Below are positions 1 to 10,533 of a stretch of DNA of 64,000 bases, in pieces. This DNA comes from Bacteroidia bacterium (GTDB taxonomy: Bacteria > Bacteroidota > Bacteroidia > CAILMK01 > JACPUW01): positions 217,458-281,457 of the forward strand of contig JAGDZV010000002.1 of NCBI GenBank assembly GCA_049115495.1, in the 5' to 3' direction. A program made the position numbers and the translations under genes. A model generated the notes under the pieces. The model was not told the origin of the DNA, ran no database searches, and was given only the letters and a program-made list of their open reading frames with translations. Each line of letters begins with the position of its first letter. Positions within the stretch are counted from its first letter, which is position 1.

Positions 1-363
1 GAAGAATTAAGTCCCAAAGACAACTGGTATCCCACAGGAGATTTGGTTGAACCAAGAGATTATGGTTATTATGAAATAGTTGGGCGTAAAGACGCTAGAT
101 TCAACGTTGGTGGAAAACAAGTAGACCCATTAATTGTAGAGCAAGTCTTGCTAAACTTTGGAGTGCCAGACTGTAGAGTATATTCCGAAGAAAATTCGCT
201 TTTAGGAAACATAGTTGTGGCGAAGTTGCAATTGGAAAAAAGTAAGGATGTTGAAGCTGCACTAAGAAAGCACTGTTCTGAAAACTTGCCGCCGCACGCC
301 TGCCCAATAAGATATATTTACACAAACAATTTTGGTATGAATAACCGATTTAAACGCAATTAG
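1..363 (+). CDS. AMP-dependent synthetase/ligase, C-terminal fragment (5' end lies outside the window)
   Basis: Frame 1 is open from base 1. The translation ..WYPTGDLV..YYEIVGRKDARFNVGGKQVDP.. matches the hinge and C-terminal subdomain of adenylate-forming enzymes. The ORF track shows it only from an internal Met at 43. Confidence 0.75.
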   Translation, partial: EELSPKDNWYPTGDLVEPRDYGYYEIVGRKDARFNVGGKQVDPLIVEQVLLNFGVPDCRVYSEENSLLGNIVVAKLQLEKSKDVEAALRKHCSENLPPHACPIRYIYTNNFGMNNRFKRN

Positions 364-365
364 AT

Positions 366-1337
366 TTGGTGCTAAAGAGTGATGTTGAAATTTTCACCCA
401 GCCGGTGCAATGGTTAGATTACGATCGCTATCAAGTTGATTTAGAGTTAAATCATAAAATGAATGCGGCGCATGGTTTTACAGGCTCGCTTTGTTACTTA
501 AATCATAATGATTTTTTTGATCCTTGGTTGTTGGCTTCTCAGTTGGTTTGTAAAACAGGTTTAAAGCCATTGGTAGCTGTAAATCCAGCTTACCATCACC
601 CTTATATTATTGCACGTTCGGTTTTTACGCTTTCTCAAATGCGTAATGGACCAATTTCTCTCAATTTTATTGCGGGAACAGCAACTACCGATTTGCAACA
701 AATAGGAGAGATGTATGATAAAAAGAGAAGATATGAAAGGCTGGGTGAGATGATGCAGATAGTGCACAACTACTTATTTAAAAAAGAACCTTGGAGTTTT
801 GAGGGAAGCTATTACAATATAGAGTGCTCTTCTTTTTTAGGAGATTTAGCGAGTAAACCAGATTTTTTTGTGGCAGGTCATTCCAACGATGCCATACAAT
901 TGTCAAATAAATTTGATGGAGTTTGGGCCCGATCATTATTAGCAGATGACTTGATAAAATCAGAAAAAGAAAATAATGTAGCATTGGGCTTTGGTCTATT
1001 TGTGGGTGAAAATGCTGAGCAAGCCAAGCAAGCCTTATCAAAAAAGTTGGGTTTGAATAAGTCAAGCGATGTGCTTTTTAGATTGAAAATGGCAAATACT
1101 GATGCGCAATGGAAGAAAGAACAATCTAAGACATTAGACTCAGCTGATTTACCAGTAAACTATTTTGCTCAAACGATTAAGAGTCAAGTTAATGTACCTT
1201 TTTTGGTAGGTACTGAGAATGAGTTAAGTTCTTTGGTTAGAAAGCAAATTTTAGACCGCGGTATTAAAAAGTTTATTCTCCCAGTTATTGATGAAATTGG
1301 GTATGAAATGATTAAGAATGTATTTGCTAAAATTTGA
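366..1337 (+). CDS. Luciferase-like (LLM class) flavin-dependent oxidoreductase
   Basis: 323 aa. Resembles the LLM family (..LNFIAGTATTDL..RYERLGEMMQIV..FEGSYYNI..FFVAGHS..). TTG start 2 nt after the upstream stop, so the exact start is uncertain. Confidence 0.55.
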   Translation: MVLKSDVEIFTQPVQWLDYDRYQVDLELNHKMNAAHGFTGSLCYLNHNDFFDPWLLASQLVCKTGLKPLVAVNPAYHHPYIIARSVFTLSQMRNGPISLNFIAGTATTDLQQIGEMYDKKRRYERLGEMMQIVHNYLFKKEPWSFEGSYYNIECSSFLGDLASKPDFFVAGHSNDAIQLSNKFDGVWARSLLADDLIKSEKENNVALGFGLFVGENAEQAKQALSKKLGLNKSSDVLFRLKMANTDAQWKKEQSKTLDSADLPVNYFAQTIKSQVNVPFLVGTENELSSLVRKQILDRGIKKFILPVIDEIGYEMIKNVFAKI

Positions 1338-1397
1338 AAAGGCAAAACTGAATAGAGTATTGTGGTTAAAGAAAAACTAAAGAACGGTATTTTAATC

Positions 1398-1436
1398 AAA
1401 AAAAAATCCCCTTCCAAATTGATTTGAAAGGGGATT
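1398..1436 (-). terminator. Rho-independent terminator downstream of rpoD
   Basis: 9-bp stem aatcccctt/aaggggatt (1405-1413 / 1428-1436). On the minus strand it is followed by a U-run (plus-strand A-run 1398-1406). Confidence 0.6.
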
Positions 1437-1462
1437 CTAATATTTTCAATAAAGCTACTAAT

Positions 1463-2326
1463 CTAACCTAAGTAGGTTTTTAGCAATTTGCTTTTGCTTG
1501 ATTTTCTTAGTTTTCTAAGAGCTTTTTCCTTGATTTGACGCACACGCTCACGAGTTAGGTTCACTTTCTCGCTAATGTCTTCATAACTATGAGGCATGTT
1601 GTTATCTAGGCCAAAATGTAGCCTTAATATTTCTCTTTCTTTTTCAGAAAGAATACCCATTACTCTTGAAATCTCTCTTTGAAGCGACTCGTGTAATAAG
1701 CCTTTATCAGGATTTGGTTCTTGATCGTTTGGTAGAAGCGTTAACAAACTGGCGTCTTCATCCTCATTAATCGGAGCATCAATACTCACGTGTCTTGATG
1801 AAGTTGAAAGTGTAGTTTCAATCTCTTCTTGCGGAAGCTCTAATCTATCGGCAATCTCGCTAGTTGTAGCTTCACGCTCGTGCTCTTGTTCAAGAGCTGC
1901 AGCCGCTGCGCCAATTTTACTTAGCGAACCTACCTTGTTAAGCGGTAAACGAACAAGTCTTGATTGATCGGCCAATGCTTGTAATATAGATTGACGAATC
2001 CACCATACAGCGTAAGAGATGAATTTGAAACCACGTGTTTCGTCAAATCTTTGGGCTGCTTTTATAAGACCTAGGTTTCCTTCATTAATTAAGTCACCTA
2101 AAGTTAATCCTTGGTTTTGATACTGCTTGGCAACCGATACTACGAACCTTAGGTTGGCATTAACCAATCTTTCCAAGGCCAGTTGATCACCTTCTTTTAT
2201 TCTTTTAGCCAGTTCTACCTCTTCCTGAGGTGTAATCATTTCTACCTTAGATATTTCATTAAGGTATTTATCTAATGATTTGTTTTCGCGGTTGGTAAAC
2301 TGCTTACTAATCTTGAGCTGTCTCAT
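1463..2326 (-). CDS. rpoD: RNA polymerase primary sigma factor (sigma-70 family, Bacteroidota SigA type)
   Basis: 287 aa. Region 2 (..[37 protein letters not shown]..) and region 4 (..[27 protein letters not shown]) are present. Confidence 0.93.
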   Translation of the reverse strand: MRQLKISKQFTNRENKSLDKYLNEISKVEMITPQEEVELAKRIKEGDQLALERLVNANLRFVVSVAKQYQNQGLTLGDLINEGNLGLIKAAQRFDETRGFKFISYAVWWIRQSILQALADQSRLVRLPLNKVGSLSKIGAAAAALEQEHEREATTSEIADRLELPQEEIETTLSTSSRHVSIDAPINEDEDASLLTLLPNDQEPNPDKGLLHESLQREISRVMGILSEKEREILRLHFGLDNNMPHSYEDISEKVNLTRERVRQIKEKALRKLRKSSKSKLLKTYLG

Positions 2327-2523
2327 GCAACAGAAGAATTTTTAATTGTAAATCAATAACTAGTACAGGATTTGAATTTTGGCCAACTTAAGTGTTCGAA
2401 TCAATAAAGAAAAATCTTTGGCTTTTTTGGCTCTCAATTCTGCTGTAATTTTGAACGTGCAAAAGTACTAAACTTTATACACTCCATCATAACGCAAATA
2501 GTTTTAAATAGTTGTCTTCATTT

Positions 2524-3522
2524 ATGTTAAAGGATAAAATACAAGAAGCCCTTGGCGAGTTAAAGCAGGTTGCTCCTCAAAACGCGGATGAGCTTGAAGA
2601 GTTGAGAATTAAGTTTTTAGGAAAAAAAGGACTGCTTTCGTCGTTCTATGCTTCTTTAAAAGAAGTTCCTAACGAAGAGAAAAAAGCTTTTGGTCAGCTT
2701 ATTAATGAGCTCAAAAATGAAGCAACTGGTAAAATAGATGAATACAAAAGTGCTTTGGCGGCCAAGCGTTCAAAAGCAGAAGCCAATGCCATTGATTTAA
2801 CCCTGCCCTCAACAGTTTACCAACAAGGAGCAAAACATCCTTTAACGCTTATAAAGGAGCAATTAGTTGAGATTTTCGGAAGAATTGGTTTCGATGTTGC
2901 CGAAGGGCCTGAAGTAGTGGATGAATGGACCAATTTTTCTGCATTGAACATGCCTGATGATCACCCGGCGAGAGATATGCAGGATACATTCTTTGTAAAA
3001 AACCTTGATAATCATGTGTTGCGTACGCATACTTCGGGCGTGCAAGTACAAGAAATGCTTAAAGGAGAACCTCCGCTCAGAATAATTTCTCCGGGCATGG
3101 TATTTAGGAAAGATAACGATGCAACGCACTCACCATTCTTTCATCAGGTTGAAGGCTTATATATTGATAAAAACGTGTCGTTCAAAGATTTAAAGCAAAC
3201 GCTTTTTTATTTTGTAAAGGAGCTTTTTGGCGAAGACACAAAGTTCAGGCTTAGACCAAGTTATTTTCCATTTACTGAGCCAAGTGCAGAAATGGATATT
3301 GAATGGATTAAAAATGGCAAAAGCGGTTGGATGGAAATTTTGGGTTGTGGCATGGTTGATCCTGCAGTACTTACAAATTGCGGAATAGATGCAAACGAAT
3401 ACACTGGCTATGCATTTGGAATAGGCATAGAGAGAATTGCCATGTTAAAATATGGTATTAATGATATAAGGGTGTTCTACGAAAACGATCTTCGCTTTTT
3501 AAGTCAATTTACTGCCGTTTAA
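2524..3522 (+). CDS. pheS: Phenylalanine--tRNA ligase alpha subunit
   Basis: Class II aaRS motifs (..RTHTSGVQV.., ..FRKDNDATHSPFFHQVEG.., ..GFAFGIGIERIAMLKYGI..). ATG at 2524 is preferred; the track starts at TTG 2512. Confidence 0.93.
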   Translation: MLKDKIQEALGELKQVAPQNADELEELRIKFLGKKGLLSSFYASLKEVPNEEKKAFGQLINELKNEATGKIDEYKSALAAKRSKAEANAIDLTLPSTVYQQGAKHPLTLIKEQLVEIFGRIGFDVAEGPEVVDEWTNFSALNMPDDHPARDMQDTFFVKNLDNHVLRTHTSGVQVQEMLKGEPPLRIISPGMVFRKDNDATHSPFFHQVEGLYIDKNVSFKDLKQTLFYFVKELFGEDTKFRLRPSYFPFTEPSAEMDIEWIKNGKSGWMEILGCGMVDPAVLTNCGIDANEYTGYAFGIGIERIAMLKYGINDIRVFYENDLRFLSQFTAV

Positions 3523-3971
3523 TGAGAGAGCAAACCGTTAGAGAGTTTTCCTATTCAAAGCGTTATAAATTTACATTCATATGGCTTAGCAACATATTGT
3601 TGGTGCTGCTAACGCTCTCTTTGGTTTATTGGAAACCGGTCCTTGCCGGGCTCAACTTTTTTGCCTGGTCACTAAACTATTATTTCTTAGGAATTTCCTT
3701 TAACAAAAAGCTATTCGTTAGTAATGAAGGAAAGTTTGTATACCGAAATGTTTTAAGACGAAGATTATCGTTTAATGTTGAAGATATTGAGGAAGTAAAG
3801 CTTACATCAGTACGTAAAGGCTTAATGTTAAAGCTCTCAGACAGCAAAGGCTTTGTTTACTTAACACCTTACTGGCGCAATTCAAAAACGCTTTTTCGTT
3901 TTATAATTAATAGGATAGACCCAGCAAAGATTAAAGAAAGGGACAAATTGATATCAGCCTTTAACTTGTAG
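3522..3971 (+). CDS. Hypothetical membrane protein
   Basis: 149 aa with two N-terminal hydrophobic helices. Start overlaps the pheS stop (TAATG). No recognisable motif. Confidence 0.45.
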   Translation: MREQTVREFSYSKRYKFTFIWLSNILLVLLTLSLVYWKPVLAGLNFFAWSLNYYFLGISFNKKLFVSNEGKFVYRNVLRRRLSFNVEDIEEVKLTSVRKGLMLKLSDSKGFVYLTPYWRNSKTLFRFIINRIDPAKIKERDKLISAFNL

Positions 3972-4007
3972 CAGGGCGGTTTACCTTTGACAAAATTTTC
4001 TTAAAGC

Positions 4008-4868
4008 ATGAATATTACTGATATTAAAAGAGTGGCAATAATTGGTGCGGGTACCATGGGGCTTGGAATTGCTCAAGTATTTGCTCAAAAAGGTTTTGAA
4101 ACCATTCTTTTTGATCTTCATGATACGGCTTTGGAAAAAGCCAAATCTAGAATTGCAAAAAACCTAGAAGGTGCGGTTAAACGCGGGAAACTTACTGAAA
4201 CGGAAAAGGAAGCAACTCAAGGCAGACTTGCATATAGTAAGCAGTTTTCAGACTTAAAAGCCGATTTTATTTTAGAAGCGATTCTTGAGAAAGTTGACCT
4301 TAAAGTTGACCTGTTTAATAGATTACATGAGCAAAACAATGCTGATGTAATTTTTGCTACCAACACCAGTACCATACCAATTACTCAAATAGGAGCACAA
4401 ATTCCTAACCCTAAAAGGCTCATTGGAATGCACTTTTTTAACCCAGCGCATATAATGAAATTGGTTGAAGTTATTTCTGGAGCAGCCACAAGTCCTGAAA
4501 TTGCGAAGCTTACCTATGATTTAGCAGCGCACCTTGGCAAAAAACCTGTAATGGCAAAAGATGCTCCAGGTTTTATTGTAAATAGGGTTGCTCGTCATTT
4601 TTATGTTGAGTCGCTAAAAGTTTTAGAAGAAAATGTAACTGACCACGAAGGGATTGATAAATTGCTTGAATCAAGTGGTTTTAAAATGGGCCCTTTTAAG
4701 TTAATGGACCTAATTGGAGTTGATACCAACTTCTCAGTCACTTCATCTATGCATGCGAGTTTTCATGGAGACAGTAAGTTTAGACCAAGCAGAATACAAG
4801 AGCAAAAAGTTTTTGCTGGACACAATGGAAGAAAATCAGGAAAGGGATTTTACGATTATTCAGAATAA
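4008..4868 (+). CDS. 3-hydroxyacyl-CoA / 3-hydroxybutyryl-CoA dehydrogenase
   Basis: N-terminal Rossmann motif VAIIGAGTMGLGIA, plus ..NTSTIPIT.. and ..HFFNPA..MKLVEV.. typical of the HBD/FadB C-terminal family. Confidence 0.9.
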   Translation: MNITDIKRVAIIGAGTMGLGIAQVFAQKGFETILFDLHDTALEKAKSRIAKNLEGAVKRGKLTETEKEATQGRLAYSKQFSDLKADFILEAILEKVDLKVDLFNRLHEQNNADVIFATNTSTIPITQIGAQIPNPKRLIGMHFFNPAHIMKLVEVISGAATSPEIAKLTYDLAAHLGKKPVMAKDAPGFIVNRVARHFYVESLKVLEENVTDHEGIDKLLESSGFKMGPFKLMDLIGVDTNFSVTSSMHASFHGDSKFRPSRIQEQKVFAGHNGRKSGKGFYDYSE

Positions 4869-4871
4869 GCA

Positions 4872-5750
4872 ATGGCAATAAACTATAAAATATTAAGCCC
4901 AGATAGATTTACCGAATACGAGATTATCGATTGTGGTAATGGCAAAAAGCTTGAGCGTTTTGGTAAGGTAAGGCTCATAAGGCCAGAGCCCGCCGCAAAC
5001 TGGAAACCTCAGCTATCTTTTGATGAATGGAAGAGTGTGGCAAACGCTCAATTCATTTCTCAAGATGGGCAAAAAGGCAAGTGGGAAATGCTTAAGGAAA
5101 CAGATACTACATGGCGTTTAGGATATAAAAGCTCTGATGTAAACCTTAGCTTTATGCTAAAGCTCACGTCATTTAAGCATGTAGGGCTTTTTCCCGAGCA
5201 ATGTGTGCATTGGGATTATATTTACAGGGCGTCAAAATCACTAAGTAAACCCAAAGTTTTAAATCTTTTTGCTTACACAGGTGCTGCATCTATAGCGGCT
5301 AAAGCTGCCGGCGCGGACGTTATTCATCTTGAAGGCTTAAAACAATTGGTAGGTTGGGCCAGGCAAAACATGGAGCTTAACAAACTTGATAATATTAGAT
5401 GGTTAATTGAAGATGCGCTCAAGTTTGTAAAAAGAGAAGTGAAAAGGGGAAATAAATACAACGGAATTATAATGGACCCTCCAAGCTTTGGTATTGGTCC
5501 TGCTGGCGAGCGCTTTGTGTTAGATGACCAATTGGGCGAATTGATTGGCCATGTTGGCAAACTTCTAGATCATAAAAGCTTTGTAGTTTGCAACAGCTAC
5601 TCATATAAATTCTCAGCATTAACATTGAGTAATATGTTTAGTCGCCATTTGCAAAAGCAGCATTTTTCAGAATTAGGAGAACTAGCCACACCATTTGGTC
5701 AAAACAAGCATTTATCGCATGGTGTGTTTTTTAGAAGTAAGAACTTTTAG
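4872..5750 (+). CDS. Class I SAM-dependent methyltransferase (RlmI/RlmK-like)
   Basis: ..VLNLFAYTGAASIAAKAAGA.. (SAM-binding loop) and ..IIMDPPSFG.. catalytic motif. Confidence 0.75.
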   Translation: MAINYKILSPDRFTEYEIIDCGNGKKLERFGKVRLIRPEPAANWKPQLSFDEWKSVANAQFISQDGQKGKWEMLKETDTTWRLGYKSSDVNLSFMLKLTSFKHVGLFPEQCVHWDYIYRASKSLSKPKVLNLFAYTGAASIAAKAAGADVIHLEGLKQLVGWARQNMELNKLDNIRWLIEDALKFVKREVKRGNKYNGIIMDPPSFGIGPAGERFVLDDQLGELIGHVGKLLDHKSFVVCNSYSYKFSALTLSNMFSRHLQKQHFSELGELATPFGQNKHLSHGVFFRSKNF

Positions 5751-5772
5751 GTATAAAAACTCATGAAGTTTT

Positions 5773-5805
5773 TTTGCATCAGAAAGTAAATTGTTACTAC
5801 TTTTG
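5773..5805 (+). promoter_or_regulatory. Candidate Bacteroidota-type promoter of rplS (-33 TTTG / -7 TAnnTTTG)
   Basis: TTTG at 5773-5776 and TACTTTTG at 5798-5805, spaced 21 nt apart, about 37 nt upstream of the rplS ATG. Confidence 0.35.
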
Positions 5806-5841
5806 CACTTCGATTTTTTTCAAGGCCCAAAACGTAGCGTC

Positions 5842-6189
5842 ATGAACCCGATACTAAGAGAAATCCAGAAAGATAATTTAAGAACAGATATTCCTGATTT
5901 TCAAGCAGGTGATACCGTAACTGTTTACTATAAAATTAAAGAAGGAGATAAAGAGCGTATTCAGCCATTTACTGGTGTGGTACTTCAAAGAAGAAGCAGT
6001 GGTGCTACCGAAACGTTTACCGTTCGCAAAATTTCTGGCGGTATTGGCGTTGAAAGAATCATTCCAGTTCACTCTCCATTTATCGATAAACTTTTGGTTA
6101 ACAAAAGAGGTAAAGTAAGAAGAGCCAGAATTTTCTATCTACGTGAGTTAACTGGTAAGAAAGCCAGAATTAAAGAGCGTAAGATTTAA
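5842..6189 (+). CDS. rplS: 50S ribosomal protein L19
   Basis: [47 protein letters not shown].. is the canonical L19 sequence. The track ORF begins upstream at TTG 5791; the internal ATG at 5842 fits L19 length. Confidence 0.93.
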   Translation: MNPILREIQKDNLRTDIPDFQAGDTVTVYYKIKEGDKERIQPFTGVVLQRRSSGATETFTVRKISGGIGVERIIPVHSPFIDKLLVNKRGKVRRARIFYLRELTGKKARIKERKI

Positions 6190-6221
6190 TCTTGTTGATA
6201 AATACATCACTCAATATAAAA

Positions 6222-6248
6222 GGGAAGTTTTCATACTTCCCTTTTTTT
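6222..6248 (+). terminator. Rho-independent terminator after rplS
   Basis: Stem gggaagt/acttccc, 6-nt loop, followed by T7. Confidence 0.7.
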
Positions 6249-6317
6249 GTTCTTTAATTTCGAAACAGGTTTTCTGCAAACACCAATCTTTCCGCAGGCC
6301 AATTCCAAATTATTTAG

Positions 6318-8561
6318 ATGAGCCATTTTTTAGAAGAATTAAATGATGCACAAAGGCAAGCAGTAAGCCATTTACAAGGGCCTTTGATGGTATTAGCTGG
6401 TGCCGGATCTGGCAAAACCAGAGTACTAACTTATAGAATTGCTCATTTAATTGATTCCGGTATAGATCCCTTTAATGTTCTTTCATTAACCTTTACCAAT
6501 AAGGCAGCAAGGGAAATGAGAGATAGGATAGAAAGACTCATTGGCGCCGAGGCTAGAAATCTATGGATGGGAACTTTTCACTCTGTGTTTGCTAAAATAT
6601 TGCGATATGAGGCTAAAGAGATTGGCTACCCTAACAATTTTACCATTTACGATACTGACGATTCAAAGAGTCTTCTAAAAAGTATTGTAAAAGAGATGGG
6701 ATTAAACAAAGACCATTACAAACCATCTCAACTCTATGGTAGAATATCAAGCATGAAAAACAGCTTTGTTTCGGTTAGAGAGTATCTAGAAAACCCTGAA
6801 TACAGAAATGAAGATAGAAACACCAATAAACCAAAGTTTGGTGATGTTTATAGGGAGTACGTAGCAAGGTGTTTTAAAGCCGGCGCCATGGACTTTGATG
6901 ATATTCTTTTAAAGACGAACCAGCTATTTACTGAAAAACCTGAAGTATTAGAAAAATACCAAAGAAAGTTTCAGTTTGTTTTAGTCGATGAGTATCAAGA
7001 TACCAACCATGTGCAGTATTTAATTATTAATAAACTAGCACAAACACATCATAACATTTGCGTTGTAGGCGATGATGCTCAAAGTATTTATGCATTTAGG
7101 GGCGCCAACATTAAGAACATTCTAAATTTTGAGAAGGACTATCCTGAATATAAACTCTACAAATTAGAGCAGAACTATAGGTCAACAAAAGTTATTGTAG
7201 ATGCTTCGTCTAGCGTAATAAAAAACAATAGAGAACAGCTTAAAAAAGAAGTTTGGACCGATAATGATTTAGGCGATAAGATAAAGGTTTTTAAAGCAAG
7301 CAGCGATGGAGATGAAGGTAGAATAATTGCCGGACAGATTTTTGAGACTAAAATGAACGAAAAGGCATTGAACTCAGAATTTGCCATTTTATACAGAACA
7401 AACTCTCAGTCGCGTTCATTTGAAGAGTCTCTCAGAAAACTCAATATTGCATATCGCATTATTGGCGGCCTTTCATTTTATCAGAGAAAAGAAATTAAAG
7501 ACCTGCTTGCCTATTGCAGGTTGCTAATTAATCCTAGTGATGAGGAAGCGCTAAAGCGTGTAATTAATTATCCAACACGCGGTATTGGCAATACCACTAT
7601 GGAGAAAATAAACCTAATTGCCAAAGAACAAGATCTTTCTCTTTGGCAAGTTGTAGATGCAGCTCAAACATTTGGTTTTTCAGGTGCTGTTGCCAATAAA
7701 TTGAGCCAGTTTGCCACCATGATAAAAAGTTTTGGAACGCTGGCAAATACAAAAGATGCTTATGAAGTAGCCCTTGAGATAGCTAAAGCTTCAGGCATAA
7801 TGAAAAAGCTATTTGAAGATAAAACAGTAGAAGGTGTAGCACGTTATGACAACATGCAAGAGCTTTTGGCGGGTATCAAAGAGTTTGTAGAAAAAGAAGA
7901 TCAAGAAGATAAAAGCCTACCTGCTTTTATGCAAGACGTTGCCTTATTAACCGATGCCGATAATCAAGATGACAGTGAAGACAAGGTTACATTAATGACC
8001 ATTCACGGTGCAAAAGGACTTGAGTTTCCATTTGTATATGTTGTTGGGCTTGAAGAAAACCTTTTTCCATCTCAACTCTCATTGCAATCAAGAGCTGATC
8101 TTGAAGAAGAAAGACGGTTATTTTACGTAGCACTTACAAGGGCTGAGAGAAAAGCAACCTTAAGCTATGCAACCCAAAGGTTTAGGTGGGGGCAATTAGT
8201 ATACAGCGAACCTTCAAGGTTTATTGATGAGTTAGATTCAACACTTTTAGATTATCAAGTGCCCGAAACTAATTTTGGCACAACAAGTAGTGGCGAAAGT
8301 GGTTTTAAATTACCTAAACCAAATTTAACAAGGCTTAGCGCGGCAAGCCAAAAGAAACCAGTTTCAAATTTTGCTAACTTTAAAACAAGTCCTTCTTCAA
8401 GTATCGAAATAGGACAAAAAGTGGAGCATGCACGTTTTGGAAAAGGAAAAGTGCTTAGTATTGAAGGTGCAAGCGGCAATGAAAAGGCTACAATTGAGTT
8501 TAATGATTTTGGGCAGAAGCTGATTTTACTGAAGTTTGCAAAACTGAGAATTATAGAATAG
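6318..8561 (+). CDS. ATP-dependent DNA helicase, UvrD/PcrA/Rep family (SF1)
   Basis: Walker A AGAGSGKT, motif II VDEYQDTN, ..VGDDAQSIYAFRGA.., ..LEQNYRST.., and C-terminal ..TIHGAKGLEF... Confidence 0.9.
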   Translation: MSHFLEELNDAQRQAVSHLQGPLMVLAGAGSGKTRVLTYRIAHLIDSGIDPFNVLSLTFTNKAAREMRDRIERLIGAEARNLWMGTFHSVFAKILRYEAKEIGYPNNFTIYDTDDSKSLLKSIVKEMGLNKDHYKPSQLYGRISSMKNSFVSVREYLENPEYRNEDRNTNKPKFGDVYREYVARCFKAGAMDFDDILLKTNQLFTEKPEVLEKYQRKFQFVLVDEYQDTNHVQYLIINKLAQTHHNICVVGDDAQSIYAFRGANIKNILNFEKDYPEYKLYKLEQNYRSTKVIVDASSSVIKNNREQLKKEVWTDNDLGDKIKVFKASSDGDEGRIIAGQIFETKMNEKALNSEFAILYRTNSQSRSFEESLRKLNIAYRIIGGLSFYQRKEIKDLLAYCRLLINPSDEEALKRVINYPTRGIGNTTMEKINLIAKEQDLSLWQVVDAAQTFGFSGAVANKLSQFATMIKSFGTLANTKDAYEVALEIAKASGIMKKLFEDKTVEGVARYDNMQELLAGIKEFVEKEDQEDKSLPAFMQDVALLTDADNQDDSEDKVTLMTIHGAKGLEFPFVYVVGLEENLFPSQLSLQSRADLEEERRLFYVALTRAERKATLSYATQRFRWGQLVYSEPSRFIDELDSTLLDYQVPETNFGTTSSGESGFKLPKPNLTRLSAASQKKPVSNFANFKTSPSSSIEIGQKVEHARFGKGKVLSIEGASGNEKATIEFNDFGQKLILLKFAKLRIIE

Positions 8562-9188
8562 ATGGAAATGGACTACAATACCCAGCTAGAACCTTTAATG
8601 ATAAAGGAGTATGGGCGCAATGTGCAACGCATGGTTGAACATGCAAAATCTCTTGAAGATAAAGAACAAAGAAACTTAGCGGCAAAGGGAATCATAAAGG
8701 TTATGGAACTTATAAACCCTGACCCTAAAAAAGGCGGTGATCACGAGCATAAATTATGGGATCATCTGCACATAATTGCCAATAACGAACTTGATGTAGA
8801 TTCTCCATATGAGAGGCCAGAGTCAGCTTCTTCGCTTGACAAGGTGGCCAACAAGCCAAGTTATTCAAATGGAAGAATTAGATACAGACACTATGGTACG
8901 CTTGTACACGATATGATTAAGATAGCGGCTGATGAAAAAGATCCTGAGGCAAAGGATAAAATGGAGCAGTACTTAGCAGCTTACATGAAATTGGCCTATA
9001 AACAGTGGAATAGTGCAAAAATGTCTGACGATGTTATCCTGCAAAACCTAAAAGATATGTCGAATGGTGCTATTGAGCTTGAAGAAGTAGTGGATATTAC
9101 AGATTCTGTTGCAGACAATGTGGCCAATAATAGCGCACCAAGACAAAATCCAATTAGAAAAAAGAAAAAGAGAAAGAAAAGAAGATAA
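8562..9188 (+). CDS. DUF4290-like protein with a basic KKKKRKKRR tail
   Basis: 208 aa. The N-terminus ..IKEYGRNVQRMVEHA.. resembles the Bacteroidota DUF4290 family. Translationally abutted to the helicase gene. Confidence 0.6.
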   Translation: MEMDYNTQLEPLMIKEYGRNVQRMVEHAKSLEDKEQRNLAAKGIIKVMELINPDPKKGGDHEHKLWDHLHIIANNELDVDSPYERPESASSLDKVANKPSYSNGRIRYRHYGTLVHDMIKIAADEKDPEAKDKMEQYLAAYMKLAYKQWNSAKMSDDVILQNLKDMSNGAIELEEVVDITDSVADNVANNSAPRQNPIRKKKKRKKRR

Positions 9189-9213
9189 TTTTCAAGTAAT
9201 AAAAAAGTAGTTC

Positions 9214-10521
9214 ATGCAATCATTCAAAATACAAGGGCCAGTAAAACTATCAGGCGAAATAACTCCACAAGGTGCTAAAAATGAGGCCTTACAGGTTATT
9301 TCTGCGGTACTTCTAACATCAGAAAGGGTAAGAATTGAGAATATTCCAGCCATTAAAGATGTATTAAAGCTTATTGAAATCTTAAACTCATTGGGTGTTG
9401 AGGTAACAAAAATCAATACCAATACTTATGAGTTTAGGGCGGCCAACATTAATATAGATTACATGAGCACCCCTGACTTTATAGAGCAGGGAGGGAGTCT
9501 TCGTGGGGCGGTTATGATCATGGGGCCACTTGTAGCCCGTTTTGGTAAAACCATAATACCTAAACCGGGTGGTGATAAAATTGGGCGTAGAAGAATGGAT
9601 ACGCACTTTGAAGGTATCCAAAAATTAGGTGCCAAGTTTGAGTATGACGAAAAGAACTATTTGTTTAGAGTTGATGGGAACGACCTAAAAGGTACCTTCA
9701 TTTTACTTGATGAACCATCGGTTACCGGTACGGCTAATATTACTATGGCGGCAGTATTGGCAAAGGGCACCACAACAATATACAATGCGGCTTGCGAACC
9801 ATACAACCAGCAACTATGTCAAATGTTGGTTTCTATGGGGGCCAACATACAAGGCATTGGTTCAAATAAATTAATTATTGAAGGAGTAGAGTCTTTGGGC
9901 GGCTGTAATCATAGATGCTTACCAGATATGATTGAAATAGGCTCTTTTATTGGCTTAGCAGCAATGACCAACTCAGCCCTGAGGGTTAAAAATGTGAGAT
10001 ATGATATGCTTGGAAACATTCCTACAATGTTTAGCAAATTAGGTATCCATTTTAATTTAGAAGGTGATGACATTGTTATTCCAGAGCAAGATGTTTATGA
10101 GATTCATAATTTTATAGATGGTTCAATCTTAACCATTGCTGACGGTCCTTGGCCTTTATTTACCCCAGATCTTATTTCTATTGCCCTGGTTACGGCAACA
10201 CAAGCAAAAGGTAATGTGCTTATTCATCAAAAAATGTTTGAGAGTCGATTGTTTTTCGTAGACAATTTAATTGATATGGGCGCTCAAATCATTCTGAATG
10301 ATCCGCACAGGGCAACAGTGATGGGTTTGGCTCGAAAACAAAATTTACGTGGAATTACCATGCGATCTCCTGATATTAGGGCGGGTGTTTCTCTGCTTAT
10401 TGCTGCTTTATCGGCCGAAGGTGAAAGCACGATTCATAACATTGAACAAATTGACCGAGGTTATGAAAATATTGAAGGACGACTTAATGCGCTTGGGGCA
10501 CATATTTTGCGTGTAGACTAA
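9214..10521 (+). CDS. murA: UDP-N-acetylglucosamine 1-carboxyvinyltransferase
   Basis: 435 aa. ..GAKNEALQVISAVLL.., ..PGGDKIGRRRMDTHF.., C-terminal ..IDRGYENIEGRLNALGA... Confidence 0.93.
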   Translation: MQSFKIQGPVKLSGEITPQGAKNEALQVISAVLLTSERVRIENIPAIKDVLKLIEILNSLGVEVTKINTNTYEFRAANINIDYMSTPDFIEQGGSLRGAVMIMGPLVARFGKTIIPKPGGDKIGRRRMDTHFEGIQKLGAKFEYDEKNYLFRVDGNDLKGTFILLDEPSVTGTANITMAAVLAKGTTTIYNAACEPYNQQLCQMLVSMGANIQGIGSNKLIIEGVESLGGCNHRCLPDMIEIGSFIGLAAMTNSALRVKNVRYDMLGNIPTMFSKLGIHFNLEGDDIVIPEQDVYEIHNFIDGSILTIADGPWPLFTPDLISIALVTATQAKGNVLIHQKMFESRLFFVDNLIDMGAQIILNDPHRATVMGLARKQNLRGITMRSPDIRAGVSLLIAALSAEGESTIHNIEQIDRGYENIEGRLNALGAHILRVD

Positions 10522-10533
10522 AAAAGAATTATC

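Noticed and set aside
2426-2453. Bacteroidota-type promoter for pheS (TTTG ... TAATTTTG at 2446-2453)
   Set aside because: The -7 box is a good match. However, the nearest TTTG lies only 16 nt upstream, with another at 25 nt, both outside the usual ~19-21-nt spacing. It is therefore not listed as a feature.
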